Source: Candidatus Multivoraceae bacterium (lineage in GTDB: Bacteria > Acidobacteriota > Thermoanaerobaculia > Multivoradales > Multivoraceae). Taken from it: a stretch of DNA of 64,000 bases. Below the pieces are notes generated by a model that ran no database searches, was not told where the DNA came from, and worked only from the letters and a program-made list of their open reading frames with translations. Positions 1-10,192 of this stretch are shown here, in pieces (position 1 is the first letter of the stretch; each line of letters starts with the position of its first letter). The position numbers were made by a program, and so were the translations under genes. The DNA lies in contig OZ244782.1 of assembly GCA_965219625.1 (NCBI GenBank), positions 182,911 through 246,910 of the forward strand. Reading direction: 5' to 3'.

Positions 1-91
1 CCCGGTCGTGACCGTCGAGACCCGGCTTCGCGACGAGCACCCGGTGCGGGTGGGGCGACGCGGCACCGTCCCTGTCTGCCTCGTTCACCAT
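1..91 (-). CDS. Cobalamin (B12)-binding domain protein, methylmalonyl-CoA mutase C-terminal-domain type. Only the first 30 codons lie inside the window.
   Basis: Too short for the ORF track. The reverse complement of 1..91 reads ATG MVNEADRDGAASPHPHRVLVAKPGLDGHDR. The segment VLVAKPGLDGHDR(G) matches the DxHxxG cobalamin-binding signature of MCM-type B12-binding domains. The ATG lies 14 nt downstream of the preceding stop codon. Confidence 0.5.
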   Translation of the reverse strand, partial: MVNEADRDGAASPHPHRVLVAKPGLDGHDR

Positions 92-105
92 GTCCGCGGC
101 CACCG

Positions 106-1473
106 TCACGCTCCGTTCTCCCGCCGCATCTCGTGCTGGTCCATCTTCTTGTAGAGGTTGCTCCGCGGTGTGCCGATCGCCTTGGCGGTCCGCGTCACGT
201 TCCAATCGTGCTCTTCCAGCTTCCTCATCAGGTAGACGCGTTCGGCAGCATTCTTGAACTCGCGGAGAGTCGGCAGAGCGAGAATAGCGTCCGCGAACCC
301 TCCCTGCGCGGGACCTGCAAGGCGCCGCACGTCGTCGAGTCCAATCTCATCTCCCGACGCCAGGATGAGGAGGCGCTCGACGAGGTTCTTCAGCTCCCGT
401 ACGTTCCCGCGCCAGCCGAAGCCATGGAGCTGGTCGAGGGCGTCGTTCGCGAAGCGCTTCGGCCGATAGTTGTTCTCGGCCGCGAACCGCTCGACGAAGT
501 GCTCCACGAGGAGCGGCAGATCCTCCATGCGCTCCCGCAGCGGCGGCACGTGGACCGGCACGACGTTCAAGCGATAGTAGAGGTCCTCGCGAAAGCGCCC
601 GGCCTCGATCTCGGCCAGCAAGTCTCGATTCGTTGCCGCGACCACGCGGACGTCGACCGTCGTCGATTCCCGGGCGCCCACAGGTTCGATCTCACCGCTC
701 TGCAGCGCCCTCAGCACCTTGGCCTGAGTGCGCGGGGACATGTCCCCGATCTCATCCAGCAGGATCGTGCCGCCATCGGCTGCGGTGAACTTGCCGACCT
801 GCCGCCGCACGGCGCCGGTGAAGGCGCCCTTCTCGTGACCGAACAGCTCCGACTCGATGAGCTCTTCGGGAATCGCGGCGCAGTTGACCTGGACGAGCGG
901 CATGTCGCTCCGCCCGCTGCCACCCCAGATCGCTCGCGCGACGAGTTCCTTGCCGACGCCGCTCTCGCCGGTGATCAGGACGGTGGCCGTCGTCGGCGCC
1001 GCGCGGGCGACCGTAGCCCGAAGCTCCATCATCGCCGTCGACTCGCCGACGAGTTCGTCCTGAGCTCGCCGCAGCAGCCTGTTCTCGTCCTCGAGCCGAC
1101 GCTTCTCGACCGCGTTGCGGAGCGCCAGCAGCACACGATCCCGTTCCAGCGGTTTCTCCAGGAAATCGAACGCGCCGAGCCGCGTCGCCTCGACCGCGGC
1201 GCCGATCTCGCCATGGCCGCTGATCATGATGACCGGCATGTCGTGGCCGCCCTCCCGGAGCTTGGCAAGCGTCACCAGACCATCCATCTCCGGCATCTTG
1301 ATGTCGAGAAGGACTGCAGCCGGCGGCCTCGTCATCAGCCGGCGCAGAGCCTGCCTGCCGGTCGATGCCTCCTCCACCCGATACCGCTCGAACTCGAGGA
1401 TCATCCGCAGCGAACTGCGGATCGACTCCTCGTCGTCGACGACGAGAACCCGCGGGCCGGTGGACCGTGGCAA
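106..1473 (-). CDS. Sigma-54-dependent response regulator, NtrC/AtoC family (receiver + AAA+ + HTH)
   Basis: The N-terminal receiver reads VLVVDDEESIRSSL...DIKMPEMDG. The AAA+ core has Walker A GESGVGKE and the ESELFGHEKGAFTGA (GAFTGA) sigma-54 contact motif. A C-terminal Fis-type HTH is present. Confidence 0.92.
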   Translation of the reverse strand: MPRSTGPRVLVVDDEESIRSSLRMILEFERYRVEEASTGRQALRRLMTRPPAAVLLDIKMPEMDGLVTLAKLREGGHDMPVIMISGHGEIGAAVEATRLGAFDFLEKPLERDRVLLALRNAVEKRRLEDENRLLRRAQDELVGESTAMMELRATVARAAPTTATVLITGESGVGKELVARAIWGGSGRSDMPLVQVNCAAIPEELIESELFGHEKGAFTGAVRRQVGKFTAADGGTILLDEIGDMSPRTQAKVLRALQSGEIEPVGARESTTVDVRVVAATNRDLLAEIEAGRFREDLYYRLNVVPVHVPPLRERMEDLPLLVEHFVERFAAENNYRPKRFANDALDQLHGFGWRGNVRELKNLVERLLILASGDEIGLDDVRRLAGPAQGGFADAILALPTLREFKNAAERVYLMRKLEEHDWNVTRTAKAIGTPRSNLYKKMDQHEMRRENGA

Positions 1474-1478
1474 GGCGG

Positions 1479-2993
1479 TCAGGGAACTTCGACGACGGAG
1501 AAGAAGCGCTGGCCGCCGGGCTCGACCGCCTCGACGCGAACGAGGTCTCCGGACGCGAGCCCGGCCACGGCCTCCTCCAGGTCATCCACATCCGACACGG
1601 CGGTCTGATCGATCCTCGTGATGACGAGTCCAGGCCGGAAACCCCGCTCCCGGAACGGACTGCGCGCCGAAACGGCCGACACGTAGACCCCGCGGCGCGG
1701 CAATTGGGTCTGGCGCCTGAGCGTTGGCGTCAACGTCTGCAGCTCGAGACCAAGCCAGTCCATGCCCTCCGCCCGCGTGGGTTCCGGTTCCTCGTCCTCT
1801 TCGGCGGCGCCGATGACGGATGGCCGCTCCTCGAGTTCGACAACCCGTTCGATCCGCTCGAAGTCTCGCAGGATCTGAAGCTCGACCGAAGCGCCGGGCG
1901 GCTGCGCGGCGACGTAGTCGATCAGGTCGCGCGTTCCGTTCACTTCGTGGTCGTCGACCTTCAAGATGACGTCGCCGGCCTCGACGCCGGCTCTCTTGGC
2001 TGGCGTGTCGTCGACGACATCCTGCACCTGGGCGCCCTTGGCGTCGTCGAGCCGGTAGTAGCGGGCTTCGGTATGGTCCAGGTTCCGAATCGACACGCCG
2101 AGGTAGCCGCGGCGCACCCGGCCGCTCCCGCGCAGCTGGGGCAGAACGCCTTCGAGCACGTCGACAGGAACGGCGAAGCCGATGTTCTCCGCTCCCCAGT
2201 TCATCGCCGTGGCAATACCAACGACCTCGCCCGCGGTGTTCACGAGCGGCCCGCCAGAGTTCCCCTGGTTGATCGCGGCATCCGTCTGGATGTAGTTCGC
2301 GAAGTCCGACGACCCTCCCTCGATGCCAAAGGACCGACCCTTGGCCGACACGACACCGACAGTGACCGACGCCTCGAAGGCAAGCGGACTGCCGATCGCC
2401 ATCACCCAGTCGCCGACGCGAAGTTCGTCCGAATCACCCAGGGGCAGGAATGGAAGCGAACCGTCGGAGTCGATCTTGAGCAGCGCCAGGTCGGTTGCCG
2501 GGTCACGACCCTTCACCTCGGCCGGATACTCCCGACCATCGAGTCGAACGTCAATGTCCTCCGCGTCCTCGATCACGTGGTTGTTCGTCACGATCCAGCC
2601 GTCCGCGTCGATCAGAAAGCCACTTCCCGCTCCCTCCAGGCGACGTTCCTCGGGCTCGACCCCGGGAGCGCGGGGATTGCCGCGCTGGAAGAAGAAGTCC
2701 GGCAGTCCACGACGGACTGGCGCCTCCTCGATTCGCGCGACTTCGACCGTGACGACCGCCGGCAGAACGGCCTCGGCGAGATCCGCAAAGCTGTCGATGG
2801 ACGTCCGCGCGTGGCTTGCAACCCGCTCCGCCTGGCTCACCCGACCGGGTTCCTCGGACGTCGAGAGCGGTTGAACGCCCTCCTCGGCCCGCGTCGGCTC
2901 CGTGAGGTTCAGCCCGCCGGCCAGGATCATGCCGAACGCGAGAGCACCGACCACCATCAGGCCGGTGAAGAGAATCTGTGCCTTTGTGTTCAT
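1479..2993 (-). CDS. htrA: Periplasmic serine endoprotease, HtrA/DegP/DegQ family, with PDZ domains
   Basis: It has an N-terminal signal/TM segment and a trypsin-like domain with catalytic GNSGGPLVN. Two PDZ-like C-terminal regions follow. The stop lies 5 nt upstream of the NtrC-like start. Confidence 0.9.
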   Translation of the reverse strand: MNTKAQILFTGLMVVGALAFGMILAGGLNLTEPTRAEEGVQPLSTSEEPGRVSQAERVASHARTSIDSFADLAEAVLPAVVTVEVARIEEAPVRRGLPDFFFQRGNPRAPGVEPEERRLEGAGSGFLIDADGWIVTNNHVIEDAEDIDVRLDGREYPAEVKGRDPATDLALLKIDSDGSLPFLPLGDSDELRVGDWVMAIGSPLAFEASVTVGVVSAKGRSFGIEGGSSDFANYIQTDAAINQGNSGGPLVNTAGEVVGIATAMNWGAENIGFAVPVDVLEGVLPQLRGSGRVRRGYLGVSIRNLDHTEARYYRLDDAKGAQVQDVVDDTPAKRAGVEAGDVILKVDDHEVNGTRDLIDYVAAQPPGASVELQILRDFERIERVVELEERPSVIGAAEEDEEPEPTRAEGMDWLGLELQTLTPTLRRQTQLPRRGVYVSAVSARSPFRERGFRPGLVITRIDQTAVSDVDDLEEAVAGLASGDLVRVEAVEPGGQRFFSVVEVP

Positions 2994-3227
2994 CTGGGGA
3001 ATCGTCCTTCTTCGACGTGTAGGTACCGCCGGTCACCATCTGCCGTCGGCCGGATGTCGGACCGCCGGTCGAACGGCGGAGTGAAGCATACAACCGCTTG
3101 GAGAGCGCGAAGATATTCCGCCGCTGTCGAGCGCAGGAAACACGCTCCTGGCGGCGGACGACGAACGGACCGGAAGCGCGGACTCAGGCGAAGGACCCGG
3201 ACCGGTTCTGCCGGGCGGCCTCCCGTC

Positions 3228-3256
3228 TTGTCGACTTCGGGAAGCGGTGCTAGACT
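3228..3256 (+). promoter_or_regulatory. Candidate sigma-70-type promoter upstream of the rimP-nusA-infB operon
   Basis: TTGTCG (3228-3233), a 17-nt spacer, then TAGACT (3251-3256). It lies about 185 nt upstream of the rimP GTG. This rests on the sequence match only. Confidence 0.3.
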
Positions 3257-3375
3257 CGAAGCTCGGCTGTCGGCGCTTCTCTGGAAGCGGGACGAACTCC
3301 TCCCGGAGGCGGTCCGAGGCGAGACGGTCGCGGGTCTCCGGGGAGCGATCCGTCGATTACCGGCAGGCGATTGCT

Positions 3376-3410
3376 GAGAGTGGGTTGCTTCGGCCCGCTC
3401 TCTTTTGTTT
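3376..3410 (+). terminator. Canonical intrinsic terminator / attenuator hairpin in the rimP-nusA leader
   Basis: GAGAGUGGG (3376-3384) pairs with CCCGCUCUC (3394-3402) as a 9-bp stem with one G-U pair and a 9-nt loop. UUUUGUUU (3403-3410) follows directly. T-tracts are very rare in this sequence. The structure ends 32 nt before the rimP start. Confidence 0.55.
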
Positions 3411-3442
3411 GGAGACCCTGAACCACCGACCCCGAACGCCGC

Positions 3443-3901
3443 GTGACACTCCCCGACCTGAAACGCCAACTCGAGCGTCTGGCCGCCAGCCAGTCCTGCG
3501 AGCTGCTCGAGACCTCCTTCCGCGGCGACCGGCTGCGGCTGGTCATCGATCATCCGGAAGGCGTGACCCACGATCACTGTGCCGAAGTGTCGCGCCAGGC
3601 ATCCGTGCTGCTCGACGCCGAGGACTTCGGGCCCGCGTCCGGTTACCTGCTCGAGGTGAGTTCACCCGGCCTCGACCGACAGCTCTACGGCCCCCGCGAC
3701 TGGGAGCGCTTCAGCGGTCGCCGCGCGAGGGTGACCTTCACCGATGCCGCAACCGGAAACCGGCGTACCGTTCGAGGCCTGCTGAAGGGCCTGAGCGACG
3801 AAGATCCCGCCTCTCTGCTCATGCTCGACGACGACAGCGGATGTACGCTTGCCATCGCGACGACCTCCGTCAACCAAGCCAGACTGCTGGTCGAACTCTG
3901 A
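3443..3901 (+). CDS. rimP: Ribosome maturation factor RimP
   Basis: 152 aa with a GTG start. The motif LEVSSPGLDRQL is typical of RimP, and the gene sits in the conserved position just upstream of nusA. Confidence 0.85.
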   Translation: MTLPDLKRQLERLAASQSCELLETSFRGDRLRLVIDHPEGVTHDHCAEVSRQASVLLDAEDFGPASGYLLEVSSPGLDRQLYGPRDWERFSGRRARVTFTDAATGNRRTVRGLLKGLSDEDPASLLMLDDDSGCTLAIATTSVNQARLLVEL

Positions 3902-3918
3902 CTCTGGAACCACACATC

Positions 3919-5376
3919 ATGGCCCAGCCGCACACTCCCGAAGTGAATATCAACGAAGTCCTCAGACAGGTTGCTCACGAGAAGGACATCGATCTGGACA
4001 AGTGGATCGTCGCGCTCGAGGATGCGGTCGCTTCGGCGGCCAAGAAGCAGCACCACATCAAGGAACCGGTACGCTCCTACATGGACCGCGAAACCGGCCA
4101 GTTCAGCGCCTTTCTCTATCGCCAGGTCGTCGACGAGGTGGAGGACCCGTTCGCCGAGTGGACGCTCGAAGAGGCTCGCGAACACAAGGAGGACGCCGAG
4201 GTCGGCGAGGAAATCGAGATCCCGATCTCGACCGAGGGGCTCGGCCGGATAGCCGCCCAGTCGGCCAAGCAGGTCCTCTACCAGCGCGTCCGCGAAGCGG
4301 AGCGCGACAAGATCTTCGCCGAATTCGAACACCGCGTCGGCGAAGTCGTCAACGGCACCGTGCGGCGGTTCGAGCGGGGGGACATCATCGTCGACCTGGG
4401 ACGTACGGAGGCGATCGTGCCCCGGAACGAGCAGTCGCGCCACGAGCGCTACAGCCAGGGCGAGCGCATCCGCGGCGTCATCGTCGAAGTCCACAATCAG
4501 CCGAAGGGGCCGCAAGTCATCATGTCGCGTACGGATCCGCGACTGCTCGTCAAGCTGTTCGAGATGGAGGTGCCGGAGATCTACGACGGTACGGTCATCA
4601 TCAAGACCGCCGTCCGCGCGCCGGGAGAAAGGGCCAAGGTCGCCGTCTTGAGCCGCGAGCGAGACGTGGACCCCGTCGGCGCCTGCGTCGGCATGAAGGG
4701 CTCCCGGGTGCAGTCGATCATCCGCGAGCTGAGGGGCGAAAAGATCGACATCATCGAGTACTCGGAGGACCAGGTCACCTTCGCGCAGAGCGCCCTGGCG
4801 CCGGCGCGAATCACCCGCGTGTCCGTGACCCACGAGGGCGCCACGCCGCGCCTGGACGTCATCGTCGAGGACGAGCAGCTGTCCCTGGCTATCGGCAAGC
4901 GCGGCCAGAACGTGCGTCTCGCGAGCGAGCTGATCGGCGCTCGGATCGACATCAAGAGTGAATCCGACGTGAAGGAGGAGGTCGCCGATGCCCTCGCGCG
5001 GATGCTCAACGTGGACATCGACGACAAGCCCGATCTGACGGACATCGCCGGGGTCGACCAGAAGATCGCGGCCGCCCTCGCGGATGCCGGGCTCGGCGAT
5101 TCCGAGGCGCTCCGCGCGGCTGGCGCGGAGGCTCTTACGATGGTCCCAGGGGTCGATGCCGACCTTGCCCGGACGATTCTCGAGTGGGCTTCCGAACAGA
5201 CCGCGGAAGGAGAGGCCGAGGAACCGACGCCGACGGCCGACAGTGCGTCGATGAACGAAGACGACTTCATGGCCGCACTGAGCCGCGCCTTCGAGGAGGA
5301 GGCAGGCGATGCCGGCGCCGGCGAAGCAACGGGCGACGACCTTGGCGGCGACGCAGACGAGGCGGTACGAAAGTAG
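3919..5376 (+). CDS. nusA: Transcription termination/antitermination factor NusA
   Basis: The ATG at 3919 is in frame within the longer track ORF 3247..5376. The N-terminal domain, S1 domain and two KH domains (GACVGMKGSRVQSI, LAIGKRGQNVRLAS) are present. A C-terminal HhH repeat and acidic tail follow. Confidence 0.93.
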   Translation: MAQPHTPEVNINEVLRQVAHEKDIDLDKWIVALEDAVASAAKKQHHIKEPVRSYMDRETGQFSAFLYRQVVDEVEDPFAEWTLEEAREHKEDAEVGEEIEIPISTEGLGRIAAQSAKQVLYQRVREAERDKIFAEFEHRVGEVVNGTVRRFERGDIIVDLGRTEAIVPRNEQSRHERYSQGERIRGVIVEVHNQPKGPQVIMSRTDPRLLVKLFEMEVPEIYDGTVIIKTAVRAPGERAKVAVLSRERDVDPVGACVGMKGSRVQSIIRELRGEKIDIIEYSEDQVTFAQSALAPARITRVSVTHEGATPRLDVIVEDEQLSLAIGKRGQNVRLASELIGARIDIKSESDVKEEVADALARMLNVDIDDKPDLTDIAGVDQKIAAALADAGLGDSEALRAAGAEALTMVPGVDADLARTILEWASEQTAEGEAEEPTPTADSASMNEDDFMAALSRAFEEEAGDAGAGEATGDDLGGDADEAVRK

Positions 5377-5404
5377 CCCGGGAAGAAAGAGAACCGAGGA
5401 TTTC

Positions 5405-7810
5405 ATGGGCAAAATCCGCCTCCAGGACCTGGCCAAGAAGATGAACGTGGCCGAGCAGGACCTCCTGTTCAAGTTCCGGTCGATCGGCGTCCGCATCGAG
5501 GGCGACGACCCGATGGTCGACACGGACATCATCAAGGCGCTGCTCGAGGGCAAGAAGATCGCCGGGCCGCAACGGGAGGTCATCCTCCGCGACCGCGCTG
5601 CGCCGCCGGTTGCTCCCCGTCGCCGGCCAATCTCGAGCCTCCGGCCGCCTGCCGGACCCATGCGACCGAACCGAAGGCGCTCGATCGTCCACAAGCACAC
5701 GATCCGCACGCTGACCCCCACCGAGACGAAGCCGAAGCCTCCCAGCCCCGAGGAGGTCGCGGCGAAGGAGATCGCCGCCGAAGAAGCTGCCGCTGCAGCC
5801 AGTGTTCCGCAGGCGGCGGTCGAGAGCCGCGAGGCCGCAACGACGGTGGCCGCCAGGGCGCCAGCCGAAGCGCCTTCTGCCGAATCGGCGCCCGCCGTCG
5901 ACTCGGCAGCCGTCGAACCGGCGACCGCGGCGTCTGGACCATCTACCGCCCCGACCGCGCCGCCACCGGAGCCCCCCGCAGAATCAGAGCCGCCGACGGC
6001 GTCGGAAGTGACTGAGGAAGCCGCCGAGGAGTCTCGGCGCACCGTGACGGTGTCCGAGGGCATGGTCGTCCGCGACTTGGCGGAGAAGATGGACGTCAAG
6101 GCGAAGGAGCTCCTCAAGCATCTCTTCCAGCGCGGCGTGATGGCGACTGTGAACCATCCCCTGGAACCCGAGGTCGCCGTCGAGCTCGCCGAACGGATGG
6201 GCTTCGACGCCCTCATCGTCTCCTTCGAAGAGGAGATCCAGATCGAGCAGGAGGAGGAACTCGAAGCGACCGGCGAACTCGACGAGAGCCGCGAACCGGT
6301 CGAACGACCGCCGATCGTCACGATCATGGGTCACGTCGACCACGGCAAGACCTCGCTGCTCGACGCCGTCCGGAAATCCCGGCTCACCGAGGGCGAGTTC
6401 GGAGGCATCACGCAGCACATCGCCGCCTACCAGGTCGAGCAGGGCGACGGGCAGATCACGTTCCTGGACACCCCCGGCCACGAGGCGTTCACCCAATTGC
6501 GGGCGCGCGGAGCTCAGGTCACCGACATCGTCGTCCTCGTCGTCGCCGCGGACGACGGAGTCATGCCGCAGACGCTGGAAGCGCTCGACCATGCACGCGC
6601 CGCCGAGGTGCCGATCGTCGTGGCGATCAACAAGATCGATCGACCGAACGCGAACGTGGACCGGGTCAAGCAGCAACTGGCGGACCGGGACCTGCTCGTC
6701 GAGGATTGGGGAGGCGACGTGGTCGCGGTGCCGGTTTCCGCGATCAAGGGCGACGGAATCGACGACCTGCTCGAGATGCTGACGTTGACCGCCGAAGTGG
6801 CCGAACTGAAGGCCAGCCCTGAACTGCCGGCGCAGGGCGTCGTCATCGAAGCCAGGAAGGAGACGGGTCGCGGCGCCGTAGCCACGGTGCTGGTACAGAA
6901 CGGCGCGCTGCGGTTGGGCGACGTGTTCGTCTGCGGCTCGGCGTGGGGCCGGGTCCGCTCGCTGATGAACGATCTGGGCCAACGCGTCGAGCAAGCCCTG
7001 CCTTCGACGCCGGTCGAAGTCGCAGGCTTCAACGAACTCCCTGAAGCCGGCGACTCGTTTCAGGTCACGGCAAAGGAGTCGAAGGCCCGCTCCATCGCCA
7101 AGTTCCGCAGCGACGAGAAACGTCGCGTTGACCTCGCTCCCAGCACCGGCGGTGTCTCCTTGGAGAGCCTGTTCGCCAGCCTGAAGGAGGGCGAAGTCAA
7201 GGAGCTGCCCGTCATCCTGAAGGCCGACGTACAGGGTTCGGTCGAGGTGCTGCGGGACACGCTGCAGAAAGTCTCGACCGAGAAGGTCAGGGTACGAGTC
7301 ATCCGCTCTGCAGTCGGCGCCGTGACGAGTCACGACGTGCTGCTCGCCTCCGCAGCCGGCGCGATCATCTACGGATTCAACGTCCGGCCGGAGCGAAGCG
7401 CCACCGAACTCGCCGGGAAGGAGGACGTCGAGATCCGCCTGCATACGGTGATCTACGAGCTGACCGAAGAGCTGATCGCGGCGATGACCGGGTTGCTCGA
7501 ACCGACCTACCGCGAGGTGTCGACGGGTCGCGCCGAGGTGCGCGAGGTGTACAAGGTGCCGAAGGTCGGCTTGGTCGCGGGTTGCCACGTGATCGCCGGC
7601 GTCATCTCGCGTAGCGCTCAGATTCGACTCGTACGCGACAGCGTCGTCGTCCACGAGGGCCGAATCGGTTCGCTGCGGCGCTTCAAGGACGACACCGCAG
7701 AGGTGCGCAGCGGTTTCGACTGCGGCATCGGCATCGAGCGCTTTCAGGACGTGAAGAAGGGCGACGTGATCGAAGCCTTCGACCACGAGGCGATCGCGCC
7801 GACCCTCTGA
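5405..7810 (+). CDS. infB: Translation initiation factor IF-2
   Basis: The ATG at 5405 ([15 protein letters not shown]) is in frame within track ORF 5309..7810. A Pro/Ala-rich linker precedes the GTPase domain with [20 protein letters not shown] and NKID. Confidence 0.95.
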   Translation: MGKIRLQDLAKKMNVAEQDLLFKFRSIGVRIEGDDPMVDTDIIKALLEGKKIAGPQREVILRDRAAPPVAPRRRPISSLRPPAGPMRPNRRRSIVHKHTIRTLTPTETKPKPPSPEEVAAKEIAAEEAAAAASVPQAAVESREAATTVAARAPAEAPSAESAPAVDSAAVEPATAASGPSTAPTAPPPEPPAESEPPTASEVTEEAAEESRRTVTVSEGMVVRDLAEKMDVKAKELLKHLFQRGVMATVNHPLEPEVAVELAERMGFDALIVSFEEEIQIEQEEELEATGELDESREPVERPPIVTIMGHVDHGKTSLLDAVRKSRLTEGEFGGITQHIAAYQVEQGDGQITFLDTPGHEAFTQLRARGAQVTDIVVLVVAADDGVMPQTLEALDHARAAEVPIVVAINKIDRPNANVDRVKQQLADRDLLVEDWGGDVVAVPVSAIKGDGIDDLLEMLTLTAEVAELKASPELPAQGVVIEARKETGRGAVATVLVQNGALRLGDVFVCGSAWGRVRSLMNDLGQRVEQALPSTPVEVAGFNELPEAGDSFQVTAKESKARSIAKFRSDEKRRVDLAPSTGGVSLESLFASLKEGEVKELPVILKADVQGSVEVLRDTLQKVSTEKVRVRVIRSAVGAVTSHDVLLASAAGAIIYGFNVRPERSATELAGKEDVEIRLHTVIYELTEELIAAMTGLLEPTYREVSTGRAEVREVYKVPKVGLVAGCHVIAGVISRSAQIRLVRDSVVVHEGRIGSLRRFKDDTAEVRSGFDCGIGIERFQDVKKGDVIEAFDHEAIAPTL

Positions 7811-7815
7811 CCGGC

Positions 7816-8151
7816 GTGCCAGCCTCCTCGCCATCCCGCGCCGCCGACCTGCTGCGGCGCGAGCTGACGGATATTCTGCGCCGTGAGGTCCAGGATCCCC
7901 GCGCCCGGCTCGCGAGCATCGCCGAACTCTCGTTGAGTGCCGACAGCTCCCACGCGCATGTGGAGATTTCCGTGCTGGGCGCTGAGAAGGACCGAATCGC
8001 GGCGATTCGCGCGCTCCGCCGCGCGGCCTCGTACATCCGGGGAAGAGTGGGTCGTCGGCTCCACCTCAAGCGGACACCGGAACTCCACTTCGAGCTCTAC
8101 CGGGGCGCCGAGCACGCTGAACGCATCGACCAACTCCTGAGCGAATCGTGA
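7816..8151 (+). CDS. rbfA: Ribosome-binding factor A
   Basis: 111 aa with a GTG start. The RbfA-like sequence includes LRRELTDILRREVQDPR and RTPELHFELY. The gene follows infB, as in many bacteria. Confidence 0.85.
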   Translation: MPASSPSRAADLLRRELTDILRREVQDPRARLASIAELSLSADSSHAHVEISVLGAEKDRIAAIRALRRAASYIRGRVGRRLHLKRTPELHFELYRGAEHAERIDQLLSES

Positions 8152-9116
8152 CCGTTCCCAGCGACCTGCTCAAGGCCTTGCGTCAAGGGCGACGATTCCT
8201 GCTCTCGAGCCACACCCACCCGGACGGCGATGCGATCGGCTCCGAGGTCGGGTTGGCGCGCATCCTCATCGCCACCGAACGCTCGGCGACGATCTGGAAC
8301 CGCGACCCGGCGCCGCCGAACTACGCAGGCGTCACCAAGGGCGTCCGAATCCACACGGGTCCGGAGCTGCCGCCGGGCTTCCCCGCCGACTTCGACCTCG
8401 CGGTGCCGCTCGAGTGCCCGGAGCTCGACAGGACCGGGCTTCAGGACGAACTCGCGAAGCTACCTCTGCTGAACATCGACCACCACATCGGCAATCGGCT
8501 CTACGGGATCGCCAACTGGGTCGACCCCGACGCCCCCGCGGTCGCCGAGATGGTCCTGCGCCTGGGCCGCGAACTCGGGGCGCCGATCGATGCGGAAACC
8601 GCCACCGCACTCTACCTGGGCCTCGTCACCGACACGGGCAGCTTCCGCTTCGCGAACGCCACGCCTCGTGCCTTCCAGGCGGCGTCGGAACTCGTCCGCC
8701 TCGGCGCGAGCCCCGAGCAGGTGGCCGGCTGGGTCTACGAATCCCAGTCGCCCGGCGCCATGCGACTGCTGGGGGAGATGCTGGGTACGCTCGAACTCTG
8801 CGCCGGCGGACGCGTCGCCTGCGTGCGACTCGACCTGTCGATGTTCGAGCGCGCCGGAGCGGCGCCGAGCGATTCCGAGGGACTCATCGATCATCCACGG
8901 TCGATTCGCGGCGTCCGGGCCGTCGTCCTGTTTCGCGAACGAACCGAAGGCGACGTGAAGGTCTCTCTTCGCAGCCGCGGCGCGATCGACGTCGGCACGA
9001 TCGCGAGCCGACGCGGCGGCGGCGGTCACAGAAACGCAGCCGGCTGCCTCATCGACGGCGCCGCCGAGACGCGAGCAGTCGTCGCGGACCTCGTCGCGGC
9101 AGTGGAAGCGGCATGA
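8148..9116 (+). CDS. DHH/DHHA1 family phosphoesterase (NrnA-like oligoribonuclease / pAp phosphatase)
   Basis: Motifs HTHPDGDAIGS, NIDHHIGN and GGGGHRNAAG are present. Its start overlaps the rbfA stop (GTGA). Confidence 0.85.
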   Translation: MTVPSDLLKALRQGRRFLLSSHTHPDGDAIGSEVGLARILIATERSATIWNRDPAPPNYAGVTKGVRIHTGPELPPGFPADFDLAVPLECPELDRTGLQDELAKLPLLNIDHHIGNRLYGIANWVDPDAPAVAEMVLRLGRELGAPIDAETATALYLGLVTDTGSFRFANATPRAFQAASELVRLGASPEQVAGWVYESQSPGAMRLLGEMLGTLELCAGGRVACVRLDLSMFERAGAAPSDSEGLIDHPRSIRGVRAVVLFRERTEGDVKVSLRSRGAIDVGTIASRRGGGGHRNAAGCLIDGAAETRAVVADLVAAVEAA

Positions 9117-10060
9117 GCGGGCCCGTCGAGCGCCACGGATTGCTGCTGGTCGACAAAGAGCCACGCGGCACCTCGCACGACGTCGTGCGGTTCGCGCGCA
9201 GGGCACTCGGTCAGCGCAAGGTCGGTCACTGCGGCACTCTCGATCCGAATGCCACCGGGCTGTTGCTGCTGACCGTCGGCCGCGGAACGCGTCTCACCCG
9301 ATTCCTGATTGGAGCGCCGAAGCTGTACGAAGGCGAAATCCAGTTCGGAACCGCCACGGATACCTACGACTCTGCCGGAAAGGTGACCTTCGAGGGGAGT
9401 ACCGCCGATCTCTCGGAGCGTCGCGTGGTCCAGGCGATGAAGGGGTTCGAGGGTCCGGTCCACCAGTTGCCTCCGCCCTACTCTGCGAAGAAGATCGGTG
9501 GACGCAAGTACTACGAACTCGCGCGGCGCGGCGAGGACTTCGAGCGCCAGGGAAAGGACATCGAGATCTACCAGTTCGAAGCCACGGGCGCCCTGGGGGC
9601 GGCGGGTGCGAACCGTATCGGCTTTCTGTTGAGCTGCTCGACCGGCGCCTACGCCCGTTCCCTGGCCCACGATCTCGGCGAGCAGCTCGGCTGCGGCGGC
9701 CATCTCGCGGCACTCAGGCGGCTTCGCGTCGGCCCCTTCGAAGTGGGCGACGCGATCGAATCGAGTCGTCTGGAGGCGGTGGGGCGCGGTGACGAGCCAT
9801 TGACGACCGACGAGTTCGGCAGCGCATGGATTCCATTCGACGAGATCCCCTTGCCCTTCGCGAAGCTCTCGCTCGACCCGGGGCAGGAACGCCGGGTCGC
9901 CCATGGCCAGACAGTTCTGACGCCCGCTCTCGGCGCCGAGGAGGGCGACTGGATCCAGGTGCTGGACAGCCGCGGTCACTTTCTCGCGGTCGGCACCGTC
10001 ACCGAACGTGTCGGCGACCGGGGTCTTGCGGTCGTCCAGCCGAGAATCGTCTTCCGCTGA
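9113..10060 (+). CDS. truB: tRNA pseudouridine(55) synthase TruB
   Basis: The ATG at 9113 overlaps the preceding stop (ATGA). The protein has LLLVDKEPRGTSHDVV and the catalytic HCGTLDPNATGLL. The upstream part of track ORF 8414..10060 is Arg-rich junk. Confidence 0.92.
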   Translation: MSGPVERHGLLLVDKEPRGTSHDVVRFARRALGQRKVGHCGTLDPNATGLLLLTVGRGTRLTRFLIGAPKLYEGEIQFGTATDTYDSAGKVTFEGSTADLSERRVVQAMKGFEGPVHQLPPPYSAKKIGGRKYYELARRGEDFERQGKDIEIYQFEATGALGAAGANRIGFLLSCSTGAYARSLAHDLGEQLGCGGHLAALRRLRVGPFEVGDAIESSRLEAVGRGDEPLTTDEFGSAWIPFDEIPLPFAKLSLDPGQERRVAHGQTVLTPALGAEEGDWIQVLDSRGHFLAVGTVTERVGDRGLAVVQPRIVFR

Positions 10061-10192
10061 CGCTCCCGACGCGCTCGCGGCGACGCCCGTGCTACACTCC
10101 GCGCCGCAAGAAGGAAGGGAACCACGAAGGAACACCAGGAAGGCAACAAACCGACACCCGACACGGAACAGAGTCAAACGAGGAATCAGAGC

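Noticed and set aside
3257-3375. A tRNA (metY-like) or other known RNA gene between the candidate promoter and the terminator upstream of rimP.
   Set aside because: I found no cloverleaf, no GGTTCGAATCC-type T-arm and no acceptor-stem complementarity by eye. I cannot run tRNAscan or Infernal here, so an unclassified small RNA remains possible (see findings).
3685-6327. Very long antisense ORFs opposite well-supported genes. Examples are 3685..6327(-), 10362..13097(-), 31126..33624(+), 51538..54396(-), 54320..56704(-) and 58911..61400(+).
   Set aside because: Each lies opposite a gene with unmistakable conserved motifs (nusA/infB, pnp, rpsA, comM/M23, secA, and pepP-like/trxA/ribF). Their translations are Arg/Ala/Gly/Pro-rich with no motifs. 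This is the usual stop-codon-poor shadow frame of high-G+C DNA.
8414-10060. Long N-terminal extensions offered by the ORF track for truB, and likewise for nusA (3247), infB (5309), speB (14768), the kinase-like gene (19335), cysK-like (to 25751), lpxB (to 31047), rpsA (to 33780), plsC-like (to 41575) and ribF (to 61559).
   Set aside because: The extensions are Arg/Pro/Gly-rich, non-homologous, and usually overlap the upstream gene. In each case a conserved N-terminus begins at an internal ATG or GTG, often with a start/stop overlap or a Shine-Dalgarno-like sequence.
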